Assembly: GCA_049840735.1 (NCBI GenBank)
Contig: JASGJN010000013.1
Coordinates: forward strand, 448,001-512,000
DNA: 64,000 bases
Origin: Anaeromyxobacter sp.
Lineage (GTDB): Bacteria > Myxococcota > Myxococcia > Myxococcales > Anaeromyxobacteraceae
Direction of reading: 5' to 3'
Position numbers and translations under genes: made by a program. Shown here in pieces: positions 1 through 12,651 of the stretch. Position 1 is the first letter of the stretch; each line of letters starts with the position of its first letter. Below the pieces are notes generated by a model. The model had not been told where the DNA came from. It made no database searches and was given only the letters and a program-made list of their open reading frames with translations.

Positions 1-952
1 ACCCCGCCCACCCAGTCCACGGCCGCGCCCAGCCCGATGGCCCCCTCGATGTGCGGCGTGCCGGCCTCGAACTTGTAGGGCAGGTCGTTGAAGGTGGTCT
101 TCTCGAAGCTGACCGAGAGGATCATGTCCCCGCCGCCCTGCCAGGGCGGGAGCGCCTCCAGGAGCTCGCGCCGGCCCCACAGCACGCCGATGCCGGTGGG
201 GCCGTAGAGCTTGTGGCCGGAGAAGGCGTAGAAGTCCGCGCCCAGCGCCGCCACGTCGGCGCCCAGGTGCGGAGCGCCCTGCGCCCCGTCCACCAGCACC
301 GCCGCGCCGCGCGCGCGGGCCAGCGGGATGATCTGCGCCAGCGGGTTGACGGTGCCGAGCGCGTTGGAGACCTGCGCGATGGCCAGGAGCCTCGTCCGCG
401 GGCCCAGCAGGCCGTCCAGCCTGTCCAGGTCCAGCTCGCCGGCGTCCGTTAGCGGGAGCACCGTCAGCCTGGCCCCGCGCTCCTGGCAGATGAGCTGCCA
501 GGGCACGATGTTGGAGTGGTGCTCCATCCCGGTGACCAGCACCTCGTCCCCCGGCCCGAGCCGCTGCCGGCCGAAGGTCTGGGCCACCAGGTTGATGGCC
601 TCGGTGGTGCCGCGGGTGAAGATCACCTCGTGCGGATCGGCGCGCCCAGGAAGCGGGCCACCTTGACCCGCGCCCCCTCGTAGGCGCGCGTCGCCACCTC
701 GGAGAGCCAGTGCACGCCGCGGTGGACGTTGGCGTTCTCCTCCTCGTAGTAGCGGCGGACCGCGTCGATGACGGCCTGCGGCTTCTGCGTGGTGGCCGCG
801 TTGTCGAGGTAGGCGAGCGGCTGGCCGCGCACCGGCCGCGCCAGGATGGGGAACTGGGCGCGGATGGCCTCGGCGTCGTAGGGCGCGCCCGGCCGGGCCG
901 GGGCGCGCACCGGCCCGTGGGGCGCCAGGCGCTCGGGGGACGCGAAGCTCAT
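1..952 (-). CDS. sufS: SufS cysteine desulfurase (runs off left edge; apparent 1-nt frameshift near 635-642)
   Basis: [39 protein letters not shown] and KFEAGTP motifs; ATGA overlap with sufD stop. Confidence 0.93.
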
Positions 953-2253
953 GCCGCCTCCAGCTGGCCCACGCTGGCCGGGAGCCGGCCCGCCACCAGC
1001 GCGCGGGCCCGGGCGCGCAGCGCGGGGGCGGCGATCCGCTCCACCATCTCGGCCGCGAAGGCCCAGATGAGCAGGCTGCGGGCCTCGGCCTCGGCCACGC
1101 CGCGCGAGCGCAGGTAGAAGAGGGCCGCCTCGTCCAGCTGGCCCACCGTGCCGCCGTGGCCGCACTTCACGTCGTCGGCGAAGATCTCCAGCTGCGGCTT
1201 GGTGTCCACCACCGCGTCGTCGGAGAGGAGCAGGTTGGAGTTCATCTGTCGCGCCTGCGTCTTCTGCGCGCCGGGCAGGACCCGGATCCGGCCGTGGAAC
1301 ACGCCGCGGGCGTGGCCGTCCAGGATGCCCTTGAAGGCCTCGGTGGTGGAGCAGCGCGGCACGGCGTGCTCGATCACCGAGTAGCTGTCGGTGATGCGGT
1401 GGCCGTCGGCCATGTACAGGCCGGCCACCTCCAGCGCCCCCTCCTCGCCGGTCAGCCGCGCGCGGACCTCGCCGCGCGAGAGCTGCGCGCCCAGCGCCAG
1501 CGAGAGCGTGGTGAGCCGGGCCTGCGCGCCCTGCTCGGCGAAGAGGCTCGAGACGTGGAACGCGCGCGCGCCCTCGTCCTGCAGCTTGACGTGGTCGATG
1601 CGGGCGCCGTCGCCTAGCACCAGCTCGGTCACCGCGTTGGTGAGGTAGACGTCGCCGGTGCCAAGGTAGAGCTCGGCCAGCGTGGCCTGGGCCCCCTCCC
1701 CCGCCACCACCAGCACGCGCGGGTGGTGCGCCACGTGGACGCCGCCGGCCCCGCCCAGGAACACCAGCTCGATGGGCGCCTCGACCCGCGCCCCGGCGGG
1801 CAGCTGCAGGAAGGCGCCGGCCGCCAGGTGGGCGGCGTTGAGGGCGGTGAAGGCCAGGCCGTCCGGGCGGGCCAGCCGGCCCAGGTGCGGGCGGACCGCC
1901 TCCGGCGCGTGCTCCAGCGCCTCGGCCAGGCTGGCCAGCACCGCGCCGGGCGGGAGCTGGCCGCCGGTGGAGAGGTCGCGGCGGAAGCGGCCGTTCTCGA
2001 AGACCAGGCGGGCGCCGGCCGGCGCGGGGGCCGCGGCCAGCTGCGCCTCGGCGCCGCCCGGCTCGCCGCGCCCGGAGGCGAAGGTGAGCGGCGCCAGCCC
2101 GGCCAGCGAGGTGAAGCGCCAGTCCTCGTGGCGCGGCCCCGGGAGGCCGGCGGCGCGGAAGGCCTCCAGCCCGGCCGCGCGCGCGGCCTGGACCCAGGCC
2201 GGCCCGGCCGCGCCGGCCAGCTGCTGCGCCAGGCTCTGCTCGGCGGGGGTCAC
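949..2253 (-). CDS. sufD: Fe-S cluster assembly protein SufD
   Basis: [41 protein letters not shown] start overlaps sufC stop. Confidence 0.93.
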   Translation of the reverse strand: MTPAEQSLAQQLAGAAGPAWVQAARAAGLEAFRAAGLPGPRHEDWRFTSLAGLAPLTFASGRGEPGGAEAQLAAAPAPAGARLVFENGRFRRDLSTGGQLPPGAVLASLAEALEHAPEAVRPHLGRLARPDGLAFTALNAAHLAAGAFLQLPAGARVEAPIELVFLGGAGGVHVAHHPRVLVVAGEGAQATLAELYLGTGDVYLTNAVTELVLGDGARIDHVKLQDEGARAFHVSSLFAEQGAQARLTTLSLALGAQLSRGEVRARLTGEEGALEVAGLYMADGHRITDSYSVIEHAVPRCSTTEAFKGILDGHARGVFHGRIRVLPGAQKTQARQMNSNLLLSDDAVVDTKPQLEIFADDVKCGHGGTVGQLDEAALFYLRSRGVAEAEARSLLIWAFAAEMVERIAAPALRARARALVAGRLPASVGQLEAA

Positions 2254-3047
2254 GGCGTGGCCCCCCGCTCCAGCTCCGGCTTCGTGCCGGCCACCCAGGC
2301 GTACCCGGTCTGCTCCAGCTCGTCGGCCAGCTCCGGCCCGCCGGAGCGGACGATGCGGCCCGCGGCCATGACGTGGATCCGGTCCGGCTTGATGTACTCG
2401 AGCAGCCGCTTGTAGTGGGTGACCAGCAGCATGGCGCGGTCCGGTCGGCGGAGCGCGTTCACGCCGCGTGCGACCACGCGCAGCGCGTCGATGTCCAGGC
2501 CGGAGTCGATCTCGTCCAGGATGGCCAGCCGCGGCTCCAGCACCGCCATCTGGAAGATCTCGTTCCGCTTCTTCTCGCCGCCGGAGAACCCCTCGTTGAC
2601 CGAGCGGTTGCCGAAGGCCGGGTCGAGCTCGACCAGCTTCATCTTCTCCTTGGCCAGCGCCAGGAAGTCCATGGCGTCCAGCTCCTCCTCGCCGCGGGCG
2701 CGCCGGACGGCGTTGAGCGCGGTGCGGAGGAAGTACAGGTTGCCGACGCCGGGGATCTCCACCGGATACTGGAAGCCCAGGAACAGCCCGGCCGCGGCGC
2801 GGTCCTCCGGCGCCAGCGCCAGCAGGTCCTGGCCCAGGTAGCCGACGCGGCCGCCGGTCACCTCGTAGGCGTCGCGGCCGGCCAGCACCCCGGCCAGCGT
2901 GGACTTGCCGGAGCCGTTCGGCCCCATGATGGCGTGGACCTCGCCCGGGCGGATGGTGAGGTCCAGCCCCTTGAGGATCTCCTGGTCGTTCACCTTGGCG
3001 CGCAGGCCGGCGATCTCGAGCATGGTGTCGTTTCCCGTGGTGGTCAT
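2250..3047 (-). CDS. sufC: Fe-S cluster assembly ATPase SufC
   Basis: [41 protein letters not shown]. Confidence 0.97.
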   Translation of the reverse strand: MTTTGNDTMLEIAGLRAKVNDQEILKGLDLTIRPGEVHAIMGPNGSGKSTLAGVLAGRDAYEVTGGRVGYLGQDLLALAPEDRAAAGLFLGFQYPVEIPGVGNLYFLRTALNAVRRARGEEELDAMDFLALAKEKMKLVELDPAFGNRSVNEGFSGGEKKRNEIFQMAVLEPRLAILDEIDSGLDIDALRVVARGVNALRRPDRAMLLVTHYKRLLEYIKPDRIHVMAAGRIVRSGGPELADELEQTGYAWVAGTKPELERGATP

Positions 3048-3062
3048 GGTGTGATCCCGGCG

Positions 3063-4502
<1,440 letters not shown>

Positions 4503-4506
<4 letters not shown>

Positions 4507-4971
4507 GACAGGCGTGCTCCGAGTCGGGAACCGAGGGTGACGAGCGCGGGCTCGGCGGCGGCGCCGGCGCGGACCGCCAGCGCGGCCAGGGTGAGGCCGG
4601 AGAGGGCGGCCTGGACGGCCCGCGTGACGGGGTCCCAGGTGGCGCGGGTCGGGCAGGTGGACTCGAGCTCGCACGAGGCCTGCGGCCCGGTCTGGGCGCA
4701 CTGCGTGAGGGCGATGGGCCCCTCCAGCGCCTCGACGATTCTCGGCGACCGAGATTTGGTCGGCCGCACGGGCCAGCCCGTAGCCGCCGCGCCGGCCGCG
4801 GTGGGAGACGATCAGCCCCGCCTTCGTGAGCTCCTTGCAGAGCTTGGAGACGGTGGGCAGGGGGACCTGCGAGCGGGTGGCCAGCTCCTGACCGGTGAGC
4901 GTGCCGCCGCGCTGCGCCAGGTGGGCGAGCAGCACGATTGCGTAGTCGGTGAGCTTGGAAACCCGGATCAT
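4503..4971 (-). CDS. Rrf2-family (IscR/SufR-like) SUF regulator (apparent +1 frameshift at 4737-4741)
   Basis: SKLTDYA, SHRGRRGGYGLAR, then EIVEALEGPIALTQC..C..C after frame repair. Confidence 0.9.
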
Positions 4972-5010
4972 CTTTGGCCGTTCCCTCCCGCAAGCGGCGG
5001 GCCAAGGCGC

Positions 5011-5044
5011 ATCGTGGACCGAACAGGTCTGTTTAGTCCACTAT
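5011..5044. promoter_or_regulatory. Palindromic operator upstream of the rrf2-suf operon
   Basis: GTGGACCGAACAG-GT-CTGTTTAGTCCAC (13-bp arms, 2 mismatches) about 40 bp before the rrf2 ATG. Confidence 0.7.
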
Positions 5045-5133
5045 CTAACCGAACCCCTCGGCCTTTCACGGAAAAAAGACCGCAGCCCGGGTTGGAAGCC
5101 CAAGGTCCGCTGATGACTCGGGGTTCTGGCGGC

Positions 5134-5685
5134 TCAGCCGGCGCTGGCGCGGTGGAGCGGTCCGTCCAGGGACTGCCCCCCAACGGTCAGGTAGAGGTGA
5201 TCGGCCACCAGGGTCAGCTCGACCTTCGCGCGCCTGTCGTCCAGGGCTGCCAGCGCGGCGAGCAGCGGCGGGTCCACCGCGGCCAGCTCGGCCCTGGCCA
5301 GCCTGCCCAGCCCGCGCTCGCGCCCGCCGGCCACGAACGCCTCCAGCCAGCGCGGCGCGTCGAACAGGACCGCCACCCGCGCGCCGGAGTTCTGCGCCAC
5401 GTCGCGGGCCACGCGCTCGGGGTCGGGGCGCCCCACCCGCACGAGCACGGCCGGGCTCCCGTCGAGCCGGTTGGCGATGACGTCGGCCGCGTCCGGCTCG
5501 CACAGGCCCGGACCGAAGGCGATCCGCTCCTCCCACTGCCAGGCGAGCGCCAGCACCCGCAACCACACCCGCTCCATGGTCTCGGAGGGATGGCGGGCGA
5601 CCTTGAGGACGAGCGCCTGGTCGATCCCCCGATTGACGTGCGAGAGGTGGAGGTCGAGGTGATGCAGCGTGGACGGCAAGGCCAT
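5134..5685 (-). CDS. yaeQ: YaeQ family protein
   Basis: MALPST..LSHVNRG, ARHPSETMER, GLCEPD motifs. Confidence 0.85.
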   Translation of the reverse strand: MALPSTLHHLDLHLSHVNRGIDQALVLKVARHPSETMERVWLRVLALAWQWEERIAFGPGLCEPDAADVIANRLDGSPAVLVRVGRPDPERVARDVAQNSGARVAVLFDAPRWLEAFVAGGRERGLGRLARAELAAVDPPLLAALAALDDRRAKVELTLVADHLYLTVGGQSLDGPLHRASAG

Positions 5686-5789
5686 GGCGTCAGGTTTCCC
5701 TCATCCCACGACGGAGCGGAAGGGGGTTCGGACACTTACGACGCACATGGCCCCGTCGCTATCCTTCCAGCCGATCGTCTGGAGGCTCG

Positions 5790-6345
5790 ATGCGCCCCGT
5801 CCTCGCCGCGCTGCTGCTCCTCGCCACCCCCGCCGCCGCGCTCGCCGACGGCCCGCCGCTCCCTCGCGTCGGGCTGGCGCTCGACGCCGGGGCGCCGAGC
5901 GGCGCCGCGCTCTCGCTGCTCTTCCGGCCGGTGGACGCGCTCCGCCTCGAGGCCGGCCCGCTCTGGAACGGCGTCGGCTGGGGCGCGCACGGCGGGCTGG
6001 TGCTGGTGCCGTTCCGCTGGGCGGTGGCGCCGTCGTTCGAGGCCGACGTGGGGCGCGGCTTCTCCGCCGATTCTGTCCTTCCTGGCCGATCGCAACGATG
6101 TGCCGGACGAGCTGGAGCCGCTGCTCCAGCACTCCGACTACTGGTACGCGTCCGGGCTGGCCGGGCTGGAGTTCGGCTCGCAGCGCCGGCTGTCCTTCTT
6201 CCTGCGGGCGGGCGTGACGCGGGTGTGGGCCGAGGCCAGGGGCACCGGCTCGTCCACCTCCGGCGGCACCACCGTCTCCATCACCGACCCGACCGTCACC
6301 GTCACCTCCCCGGCCGTCAAGCTGGGGCTGCAGCTCTGGTTCTAG
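5790..6345 (+). CDS. Small outer-membrane beta-barrel-like protein (apparent +1 frameshift at 6069-6073)
   Basis: Signal peptide, amphipathic strands, C-terminal KLGLQLWF after frame repair. Confidence 0.65.
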
Positions 6346-6355
6346 CGAGCCCGCC

Positions 6356-6898
6356 ATGACGCCCTCCCGCGCCCTCCCGCTCCTCTCCGCCCTCGCGCTC
6401 GCCGGCTGTGGCATCGAGGCCAGGATGGAGGCCAGGAGCGTCTGCGTCACGCAGGACGCCGAGGCCTTCCCCGGCACCACCGCCGGCGGCACGCTGATCT
6501 CCCAGGTCTCCTACGATTTAGGCCAGGACCTCCCGCTGGTGAGCGAGCCGGGCGTGGACTACGCGCTGCAGGTGCAGCACGTCGCGGTGGCGCTCGACTC
6601 CAGCTCGCACCTGACCGACCTGGGCGGCATCACCTCGTTGACCATCTCCGCGCTGCCGCCGGGCGGCAGCGGCCTGCCCGAGGCCGAGCTGGCCAGCTAC
6701 GCCCGCGGCGAGGACCTGCACCCCACGTCCATCCAGGCCGCCGGCGGCGAGGGGGTGGAGCTGCGCCCGTACATCGCGGGCGGGCAGCTCCGGTTCCAGA
6801 TCGTCGGGAACGGCACGCTGCCGACGCAGGCCTGGACGGCCGCGGTGACGGCCTGCTTCGGGATGAAGGTCACGCTGGACGTGACCGACGGGATGTAG
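6356..6898 (+). CDS. Hypothetical lipoprotein
   Basis: Lipobox LAGC; host-like codon bias; 10 bp after previous gene. Confidence 0.7.
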   Translation: MTPSRALPLLSALALAGCGIEARMEARSVCVTQDAEAFPGTTAGGTLISQVSYDLGQDLPLVSEPGVDYALQVQHVAVALDSSSHLTDLGGITSLTISALPPGGSGLPEAELASYARGEDLHPTSIQAAGGEGVELRPYIAGGQLRFQIVGNGTLPTQAWTAAVTACFGMKVTLDVTDGM

Positions 6899-6912
6899 CC
6901 CGGGGGAGCTGC

Positions 6913-8678
6913 CTACGGCTCCTCCCCCCGCACGATGGCCAGCACCGCCTCGCCGTGCGCCTCCAGCTTGCGCGGCCCCACGCCCTTCACGGCGGCCAGC
7001 CCGTCCTCGTCGGCCGGCCGCTCCTGCGCGATGGCCAGCAGCGTCGCGTCGGCGAAGACCACGTACGCCGGCACGCCGCGCGTCCGCGCCTCGGCGGAGC
7101 GCCAGGCGCGGAGCCGCTCGAACAGCGCCAGCGCCTCCTCGTCCGGCGGGTCCGCGTCGGGCTCGACCGCCGGCGCGCGCCGGCCGCCGCGGTCGCGCTT
7201 CCTGTCGCCGCGCCCGCGCTTCACCGTCACCTTGGGCGCAGCGTGGAGCACGTCCTCCGCGCCGCAGCGGTCGCAGCGGTCGCCGCAGGCGCCGGTCACC
7301 TCGCCGAAGTAGCCGACCAGCGCCTCGTGGCGGCAGCCGTCGCCGTCGGCCAGGCGGAACATGGCCCGCACCTGGCGGCGCTGCCCCTCGGCCACCTCCG
7401 GCTCGGCCTCGTCCAGCATCCGCTCCCAGCTCATCACGTCGGCCCAGGAGTAGAAGAGGATGCAGTCGCTGTCGGCGCCGTCGCGGCCGGCGCGGCCGAT
7501 CTCCTGGTAGTAGGCCTCGATGGAGCGGGGCAGGTCGCGGTGGATGACGAAGCGGATGTCCGGCTTGTCGATCCCCATGCCGAACGCCACCGTGGCCACC
7601 ACCACGTCCACCGCGCCGGCCTTGAAGGCGTCCTGCACGCGGGTGCGGACCTCCGGCTCCAGGCCGGCGTGGTAGGCCTCGGCCCGCACGCCGTGGTCGC
7701 GCAGTGTCTCGGCGGTCTCCTCCACCGAGCGGCGCGAGAGCGCGTAGACGATGCCGCTCTGGCCCCGGCGCGCCCGCACCAGCCGCACCAGCGCGTCGCG
7801 CGTCTTGAGCCCCTCGCCCTTCTTGATGGCGTGCAGGTGCAGGTTGCGGCGCAGGAAGGAGCCGCGCACCAGCAGCGGGTCGGCCATCCCGAGCTGCGCC
7901 GCGATGTCGAGCGCCACCTCGCGGGTGGCGGTGGCGGTGAGCGCCAGCACCGGGGCGCGGAAGCGGGCCTTGAGGCCGGCCAGGTTGCGGTAGGCGGGGC
8001 GGAAGTCGTGGCCCCAGTGGCTGATGCAGTGGGCCTCGTCCACCGCGATGAGCGCCAGGCCGATCCCCTCCAGCGCGCCGCCCACCGAGGCCTCCAGCCC
8101 CTCCGGCGCGGCGTAGAGCAGCTCCAGCTCGCCGTCGCGCAGCCTGCGCACGCGGTCGCGGCGCTCGTCCGGCGCGAGCGAGGAGTTGAGGAAGGTGGCG
8201 CGCAGGCCGGCGCGCGCCATGGCGTCCACCTGGTCCTTCATGAGCGCGATGAGCGGCGATACCACCAGCGTGGTGCCGCCCAGCAGCCGGGCCGGGATCT
8301 GGTAGGTGAGCGACTTGCCGGCGCCGGTGGGCATGACGCCGATGCAGTCGCGCCCGGCCAGCACCGCCTCGATGATGGCTCCTGCCCGGGCCGGAACGCG
8401 GCGTGGCCGAACACCTCGCGCAGGATGCGGCGCCCCGCCTCCGGCCCCGGCGGGCGCGCCAGCGCCTCGGCCAGGCTGCGCAGCCGCGTCACCAGCTCCG
8501 GACCGAAGAGCAGCGGCGCCTCGCGCCAGCGGGCGCGCAGGCGGTGCAGGCGTCGGGCGCAGGCGCCGCGCAGCGCCGGGTCGTCGGGATTGCCGGCGGC
8601 CCAGGCCTGGCCCAGCGCCAGCACCTCGGCCTCCAGCGCCCGCCGGTCGTCGCCCAGCGTGTCGTTCGGATCGCCCAA
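6913..8678 (-). CDS. recQ: RecQ-family helicase with HRDC domain (apparent frameshift near 8378; start uncertain)
   Basis: VFGHAAFRPGQE, PTGAGKS, DEAHCISHWGHDFRP, QEIGRAGRDG, Zn-binding Cys, HRDC VPAYVVFAD. Confidence 0.92.
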
Positions 8679-8749
8679 CCGCGCCCGCCCTTCACCTGCC
8701 CTCGAACGGCGCGGGCGAGCGGGAATCCCCGCTCGCCCGGACGCTCCGA

Positions 8750-8789
8750 CCCTGGCCTTCGACTCCGGGCCCGCCCAGCGGCGGGCCCG
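8750..8789 (+). repeat. REP-like dispersed palindromic repeat (partial copy)
   Basis: CCCTGGCCTTCGACTCCG followed by a GC hairpin. Confidence 0.6.
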
Positions 8790-8798
8790 CGTGGCGGC

Positions 8799-9626
8799 CT
8801 ACTTGCCGACCTTCGCGTCCTCGATGATGACCGGGTACTGGTAGCCCATGCCGAAGTCCTTGTCGACGCGGACCGTCCCGGTGACCGTCACCACGTCGCC
8901 GACCGCGGCCGAGTCGGCCGTGGTGACGGTGATGTCGTTGTCCTTCTTGTCGGCCGTGCCGGAGCCGTCGCGCAGGTGGAGCCAGTTGCGCCCCATGATC
9001 CCGTCGTTCGCCTTCACCACCTTGCCCTGCAGCACGACCTTCTTCTCCTTGAGCGCGGCGCGCTGCGCGTGGATCTCGGCCACGGTGCGCCCGTCGGCGC
9101 CGGACGCCTTGGCGACCTTCACGTCGCCCACGTCGGCCGGGCCGGCCGCGGCCTGCGCGTGCTGCGAGGCCATGTCCATCCCGCCGCCCATGGCCCCGCC
9201 CATCCCGCCGCCGGGCGGCGTGGCCGGGCGCGGCTTGCCGGAGATGTCCGGGTGGCCCGGGGGCATCGCGCCCGCCGTGGCGTCGCCGCCCTCCATGACC
9301 TGGCCGAAGTAGACCGACTCGAAGGTCCGCTTGAGCGTCTGCGAGGTGTAGTTCTTCATCTCGAGCCCGCCGCCCACGGCGACGGTGGCGCCCTTGTCCA
9401 GCCGGGTCTGCTGGACGGCGGCCCAGCGCTCACCCGCGGCCGTCTCGAGGCGCAGGTAGCTGTACGGAGGCGCGTCGATCCGCTCGAGGATCCTGCCCTG
9501 CAGGCCGGCGGGCGGCTGCCCGGCCTCCTGCGGCGCGGTGATGGGGGCCGCGACCACGGGACCCTCGGACTTCTTGCAGCCAGCCACGGCCAGGACCGCG
9601 GCGAGAACGGTGAGCAGACGACGCAT
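8799..9626 (-). CDS. Lipoprotein with OB-fold-like domains
   Basis: Lipobox VAGC; YSYLRL..W; MPPGHP; C-terminal GIMGRNWLHL..DKDFGMGYQY. Confidence 0.8.
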   Translation of the reverse strand: MRRLLTVLAAVLAVAGCKKSEGPVVAAPITAPQEAGQPPAGLQGRILERIDAPPYSYLRLETAAGERWAAVQQTRLDKGATVAVGGGLEMKNYTSQTLKRTFESVYFGQVMEGGDATAGAMPPGHPDISGKPRPATPPGGGMGGAMGGGMDMASQHAQAAAGPADVGDVKVAKASGADGRTVAEIHAQRAALKEKKVVLQGKVVKANDGIMGRNWLHLRDGSGTADKKDNDITVTTADSAAVGDVVTVTGTVRVDKDFGMGYQYPVIIEDAKVGK

Positions 9627-9800
9627 GGACGATCGACCTCCGGGTTCGCGACGGTGCGCGCGACGCCCCTGTCAGCGGGGCGCCGCAGGATAAACCCCCG
9701 CCGCCCCGAAATCGATCCCGTTCGTCGCAGCTGCGGGGTCCCCCGCTCCGGGCAAACGAGCGTTGACAGGGGCGGTGTGGGTGGGTGACGGCCAGCCCAG

Positions 9801-10562
9801 CTAGCCGCGCAGGCGCCAGCCGGAGCGGAGCACGCCGTAGGCCGCCCCGAGGGCCCCGACGGCCAGCACCAGCAGCAGCGCCGCGCCGACCCAGGGCACG
9901 CCGTCGGAGATGCCCAGCACCCCGAACCGGACCCCGTCCACCATGTAGAAGACCGGGTTCCAGTAGATGATGGGCCGCAGCCCCTCCGGCAGCATCGCCA
10001 CCGAGTAGAAGACGCCGCCCAGGAAGGTGAGCGGCGTGATGAGGAAGGTGGGGAAGAAGTTCACCTGCTCGAAGGTCCGGGCCCAGACGGCGGTCACGAA
10101 CCCGAAGGCGGAGAAGGCCACCGCCGCCAGCACCAGCAGGGCCAGCGCGAGCAGCGGGTGGGCCAGGTGGAAGCTGGTGAAGCAGCCCGCCACCGCCCAC
10201 ATGACGCCGCCCACCAGCAGCCCGCGCAGCACGCCGGCGCCCAGGAAGCCGGCCAGCACCTCGCCGTGCGAGAGGGGCGACACCAGCAGGTCGAGGATGG
10301 TCCCCTGGATCTTCATCACGAAGAGCGAGGAGGCGGTGTTGAGGTAGGCGTTGGTGATCACGCCCAGCGTGACCAGGCCCGGCACGATGAAGTGGGCGTA
10401 CGGCACGCCGTCCACCTCGCGCAGCCGGCTGCCCAGCGACCAGCCGAAGACCAGGAAGTAGAGGGTGGTGGTGACGATGGGCGAGAGGAGGGTCTGCCCC
10501 GGCACCCGCATGAAGCGCCGGACCTCCTTCACGAACAGCGTGCTCAGGCCGAGCGAGATCAC
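9801..10562 (-). CDS. ABC-2 type permease (YadH-like)
   Basis: KEVRRFMR, ITPLTFLGGVFYS, NPVFYMVDG. Confidence 0.9.
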   Translation of the reverse strand: MISLGLSTLFVKEVRRFMRVPGQTLLSPIVTTTLYFLVFGWSLGSRLREVDGVPYAHFIVPGLVTLGVITNAYLNTASSLFVMKIQGTILDLLVSPLSHGEVLAGFLGAGVLRGLLVGGVMWAVAGCFTSFHLAHPLLALALLVLAAVAFSAFGFVTAVWARTFEQVNFFPTFLITPLTFLGGVFYSVAMLPEGLRPIIYWNPVFYMVDGVRFGVLGISDGVPWVGAALLLVLAVGALGAAYGVLRSGWRLRG

Positions 10563-11530
10563 GCCCCCTCCTTCTGCGCCGCGGCGGCGGCGCTCGCCAC
10601 CGCGCCGCCCACGGCCTGCCCGGAGGAGACCAGCCGCACGAAGACGTCCTCCAGCGTGGTCCGCCGCGTCTCCACGTCCTTTACCTGCACGCCCGCGGCG
10701 GCGGCCGCCGCCAGGAAGGGCCCGAACGGCTCGCCCGCCGGGATCTCCACCGAGACGGCCGCGCCGCCCTCCTCCAGCCGCGCGCCCAGCGCCTCCAGCG
10801 CCGGCGGCACCGCCCCCACCGGCCGGGCGGTGAGCAGGCGCAGGGTCTTGGCCCCGTGGCGCCGGAGCAGCGCCCCCTTCTCCTCCACCAGCAGGAGCCG
10901 CCCGCGGTCGATGACGCCCACGCGGTCGGCCAGCTCCTCCGCCTCCTCCAGGTAGTGCGTGGTCAGCACCACCGTGGTCCCGCGGCTGCGCAGCGTGCGC
11001 ACGTAGCTCCAGAGCGAGCGGCGCAGCTCCACGTCCACGCCGGCGGTGGGCTCGTCCAGGAACAGGACGCGCGGATTGTGGACCAGCGCCTTGCCGATGA
11101 GCAGGCGCCGCTTCATGCCGCCCGAGAGCGAGCGGGTGTTGGCCTTGCGCTTCGGGGCGAGGTCGAGCGCCTCGAGGAGCTCCGCCAGCCGGGCCTCGGT
11201 GAGGCGGACGCCGAAGTAGCCGGCCTGGATCCGCAGCGACTCCTCCACCGTGAAGAACGGGTCGAAGTTGATCTCCTGGGGCACCAGCCCGATCACCCTG
11301 CGGGTGAAGGCGTAGTCCCTCACCACGTCCCGCCCCAGCACCGAGACCTGGCCGGCGGTGGCGCGCAGCAGCCCGGCCACCACCGAGATGAGGGTGGTCT
11401 TGCCGGCGCCGTTGGGGCCCAGCAGGGCGAAGATCTCGCCCGGGCTCACGTCGAGGTCCACCCCGCCGAGTGCGACGAGGTCACCGTAGCGCTTCTCCAG
11501 ACCACGTATCCGGACCACCGGTTCTTCCAT
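10559..11530 (-). CDS. ABC transporter ATPase (YadG-like)
   Basis: GPNGAGKTT, LSGGMKRR, LDEPTAGVDVELR. Confidence 0.92.
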   Translation of the reverse strand: MEEPVVRIRGLEKRYGDLVALGGVDLDVSPGEIFALLGPNGAGKTTLISVVAGLLRATAGQVSVLGRDVVRDYAFTRRVIGLVPQEINFDPFFTVEESLRIQAGYFGVRLTEARLAELLEALDLAPKRKANTRSLSGGMKRRLLIGKALVHNPRVLFLDEPTAGVDVELRRSLWSYVRTLRSRGTTVVLTTHYLEEAEELADRVGVIDRGRLLLVEEKGALLRRHGAKTLRLLTARPVGAVPPALEALGARLEEGGAAVSVEIPAGEPFGPFLAAAAAAGVQVKDVETRRTTLEDVFVRLVSSGQAVGGAVASAAAAAQKEGA

Positions 11531-11683
11531 GGAGGCGCGAATGTAGCGCAGCGCCCCCCGCCGCGCCCCCCTGTCACGGTGGCGGCCGAGGCGCCCTCAG
11601 ATGCGCCTGGTCCGCCCCCCAAGGGGGAGGTAGAGTGCCTACACCAACGCTCAGCCGCCAGGGGGCGGCCTGGGGGAGCTCGA

Positions 11684-12643
11684 ATGAACGGAAGAATCCT
11701 GGGCTGGACCACCGTCCTGGCCCTTCACGCTGCGTGCGCTACGGTGTCGCAGCCGGCCCCGGTGGTCGAGTCGGCCGCGCCGCGCCCGGCGCAGACCGCG
11801 GCCCAGCAGCAGGCCGCACAGCCCGTGGCCAAGCGCTACAAGCAGAAGATCGCCATCCTCCGGTTCAGCAACGAGACCAACTACGGGCGCTCGCTGCTGA
11901 ACGACGCCGACCTGGACCGGATCGGCAAGCAGGCCTCCGACATGCTGGCCTCGCGGCTGGTCATGTCCGGCAAGTTCGTGGTGCTGGAGCGCCCGGACGT
12001 GGTGAAGCTGGAGCGCGAGCAGGCCATCAGCGGCGGCACGCTGGTCGGGTCGGACACCGTCATCTCCGGCGCCGTGACCGAGTTCGGCCGCTCCGTCGGC
12101 GGCAAGACCGGCTTCCTCTCCTCCACCAAGGTCCAGACCGCGAAGGCCAAGGTGGACATCCGCCTGGTGGACGTCCGCACCGGCCACGCCTACTTCTCCG
12201 CCATCGGGGCCGGCGAGGCCTCCACCGAGACCGGCGAGGTGGCCGGCTTCGGCAGCCAGGCCGACTACGACGCGACGCTCAACGACCGCGCCATCGGCGC
12301 CGCCATCTCCGACGTGATCGACCGGCTGGTGACGCAGCTGGGCGACCGCCCCTGGCGCACCGACATCCTGGAGGTGAAGGGCAACCAGCTCTTCATCGCC
12401 GGCGGGCAGCGGCAGGGCGTCCGCGTCGGCGACCCGCTGCTGGTCATGGAGGCCGGCGAGACCGTGAAGAGCCGCCAGTCCGGCTTCGACGTCACGCTGC
12501 CCGCGAAGCAGGTCGCCACCCTCAAGGTGGTGGCGCTCTTCGGCGAGAGCGAGACCAACGAGGGCGCGGTGTGCGAGCTGACCGGCGGCGCGGTGGACGC
12601 GAGCGCGCTGGCCAAGCTCTTCGTCTCGGAGCCCCAGCCGTGA
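11684..12643 (+). CDS. CsgG/HfaB-family outer-membrane lipoprotein
   Basis: Lipoprotein signal (HAAC), KIAILRFSNET, SGKFVVLER, GAVTEFGR, VDIRLVDVRTG. Confidence 0.8.
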   Translation: MNGRILGWTTVLALHAACATVSQPAPVVESAAPRPAQTAAQQQAAQPVAKRYKQKIAILRFSNETNYGRSLLNDADLDRIGKQASDMLASRLVMSGKFVVLERPDVVKLEREQAISGGTLVGSDTVISGAVTEFGRSVGGKTGFLSSTKVQTAKAKVDIRLVDVRTGHAYFSAIGAGEASTETGEVAGFGSQADYDATLNDRAIGAAISDVIDRLVTQLGDRPWRTDILEVKGNQLFIAGGQRQGVRVGDPLLVMEAGETVKSRQSGFDVTLPAKQVATLKVVALFGESETNEGAVCELTGGAVDASALAKLFVSEPQP

Positions 12644-12651
12644 GGTACGCC

